From Planctomycetales bacterium (GTDB lineage: Bacteria; 4484-113), in contig JBBIRS010000006.1 of assembly GCA_037441675.1 (NCBI GenBank), positions 32,001 to 96,000 on the forward strand: 64,000 nucleotides of DNA, read 5' to 3'. Under the pieces are notes generated by a model, which worked only from the letters and a program-made list of their open reading frames with translations, did not search any database and was not told the origin of the DNA. Both the position numbers and the translations under genes were made by a program. Positions 63,626-64,000 of the stretch are shown here, piece by piece (the stretch's first letter is position 1; each line of letters starts with the position of its first letter).

Positions 63626-64000
63626 CTAAAATTTCGCTTGCGCTTTAGCGCAAATGAGTATATTCTCCATCAGTTGGGCTATGGTCATAGGTCCTACCCC
63701 TCCCGGGACTGGTGAAATGGCGTAAACCTCATCTTTCACTTCGTCAAAATCTACATCTCCAACAAGCCGTTGTTCTCCTTGCTCGCTTAGTTCTCTATTG
63801 ACACCAACGTCAACAACAATTGCTCCTTGACGAACGAAATTTTTCCTCACGAGTCTAGCTCTCCCGACTGCGCAGATGAGAATATCCGCCTCTCTTGTAA
63901 CATTCTCAAGCTCCCTTGTTTTAGAATGACAAATGGTAACCGTAACGTTTTCTGCTAAGAGCAAAGCGGACAGCGGTTTTCCAACAATATTACTTCTTCC
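63626..64000 (-). CDS. folD: Methylenetetrahydrofolate dehydrogenase/cyclohydrolase (5'-partial)
   Basis: [17 protein letters not shown] and [11 protein letters not shown] motifs. Confidence 0.95.
   Translation of the reverse strand, partial: GRSNIVGKPLSALLLAENVTVTICHSKTRELENVTREADILICAVGRARLVRKNFVRQGAIVVDVGVNRELSEQGEQRLVGDVDFDEVKDEVYAISPVPGGVGPMTIAQLMENILICAKAQAKF

Noticed and set aside
1..64000. CRISPR array, rRNA, IS/transposase, integrase, prophage or intact defence system
   Set aside because: No regularly spaced repeats or recognisable motifs were found by eye; only the dead MNT gene.

Overview
Bacterial chromosomal window, moderately AT-rich, standard genetic code. The mix of lpxC, sepF, RNase J and long HPF suggests a deep-branching diderm; this taxonomic placement is inference only. 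In order, the window holds: the 3' part of a complex I operon (nuoD-H-I-J-K-L-M, with no nuoEFG and no nuoN); the tuf-rpmG-tRNA(Trp)-secE-nusG-rplKAJL-rpoBC cluster; an oversized RNase P RNA; a patch of decayed genes including an MNT antitoxin; two paralogous dockerin-like/PKD surface lipoproteins; rplU-rpmA; a hybrid histidine kinase broken by one stop; ileS; lpxC; hpf; a four-subunit 2-oxoacid:ferredoxin oxidoreductase; lgt, recX, spsF-like, sepF, rnj, uppP; further pseudogenes including a second hybrid kinase; SOD, nitroreductase, ADP-ribosylglycohydrolase; and partial folD. Most notable observations: (1) a complete leader-peptide/antiterminator/terminator attenuator upstream of ileS; (2) an atypical complex I, with an exact 26-aa repeat in the NuoL lateral helix and a membrane domain fused to NuoI; (3) a SOD ORF with both a Tat signal and a perfect internal RBS; (4) lipoproteins with a dockerin-like insert inside an Fn3-like domain; (5) many genes that appear leaderless. 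No CRISPR array, rRNA, prophage or IS element was recognised.
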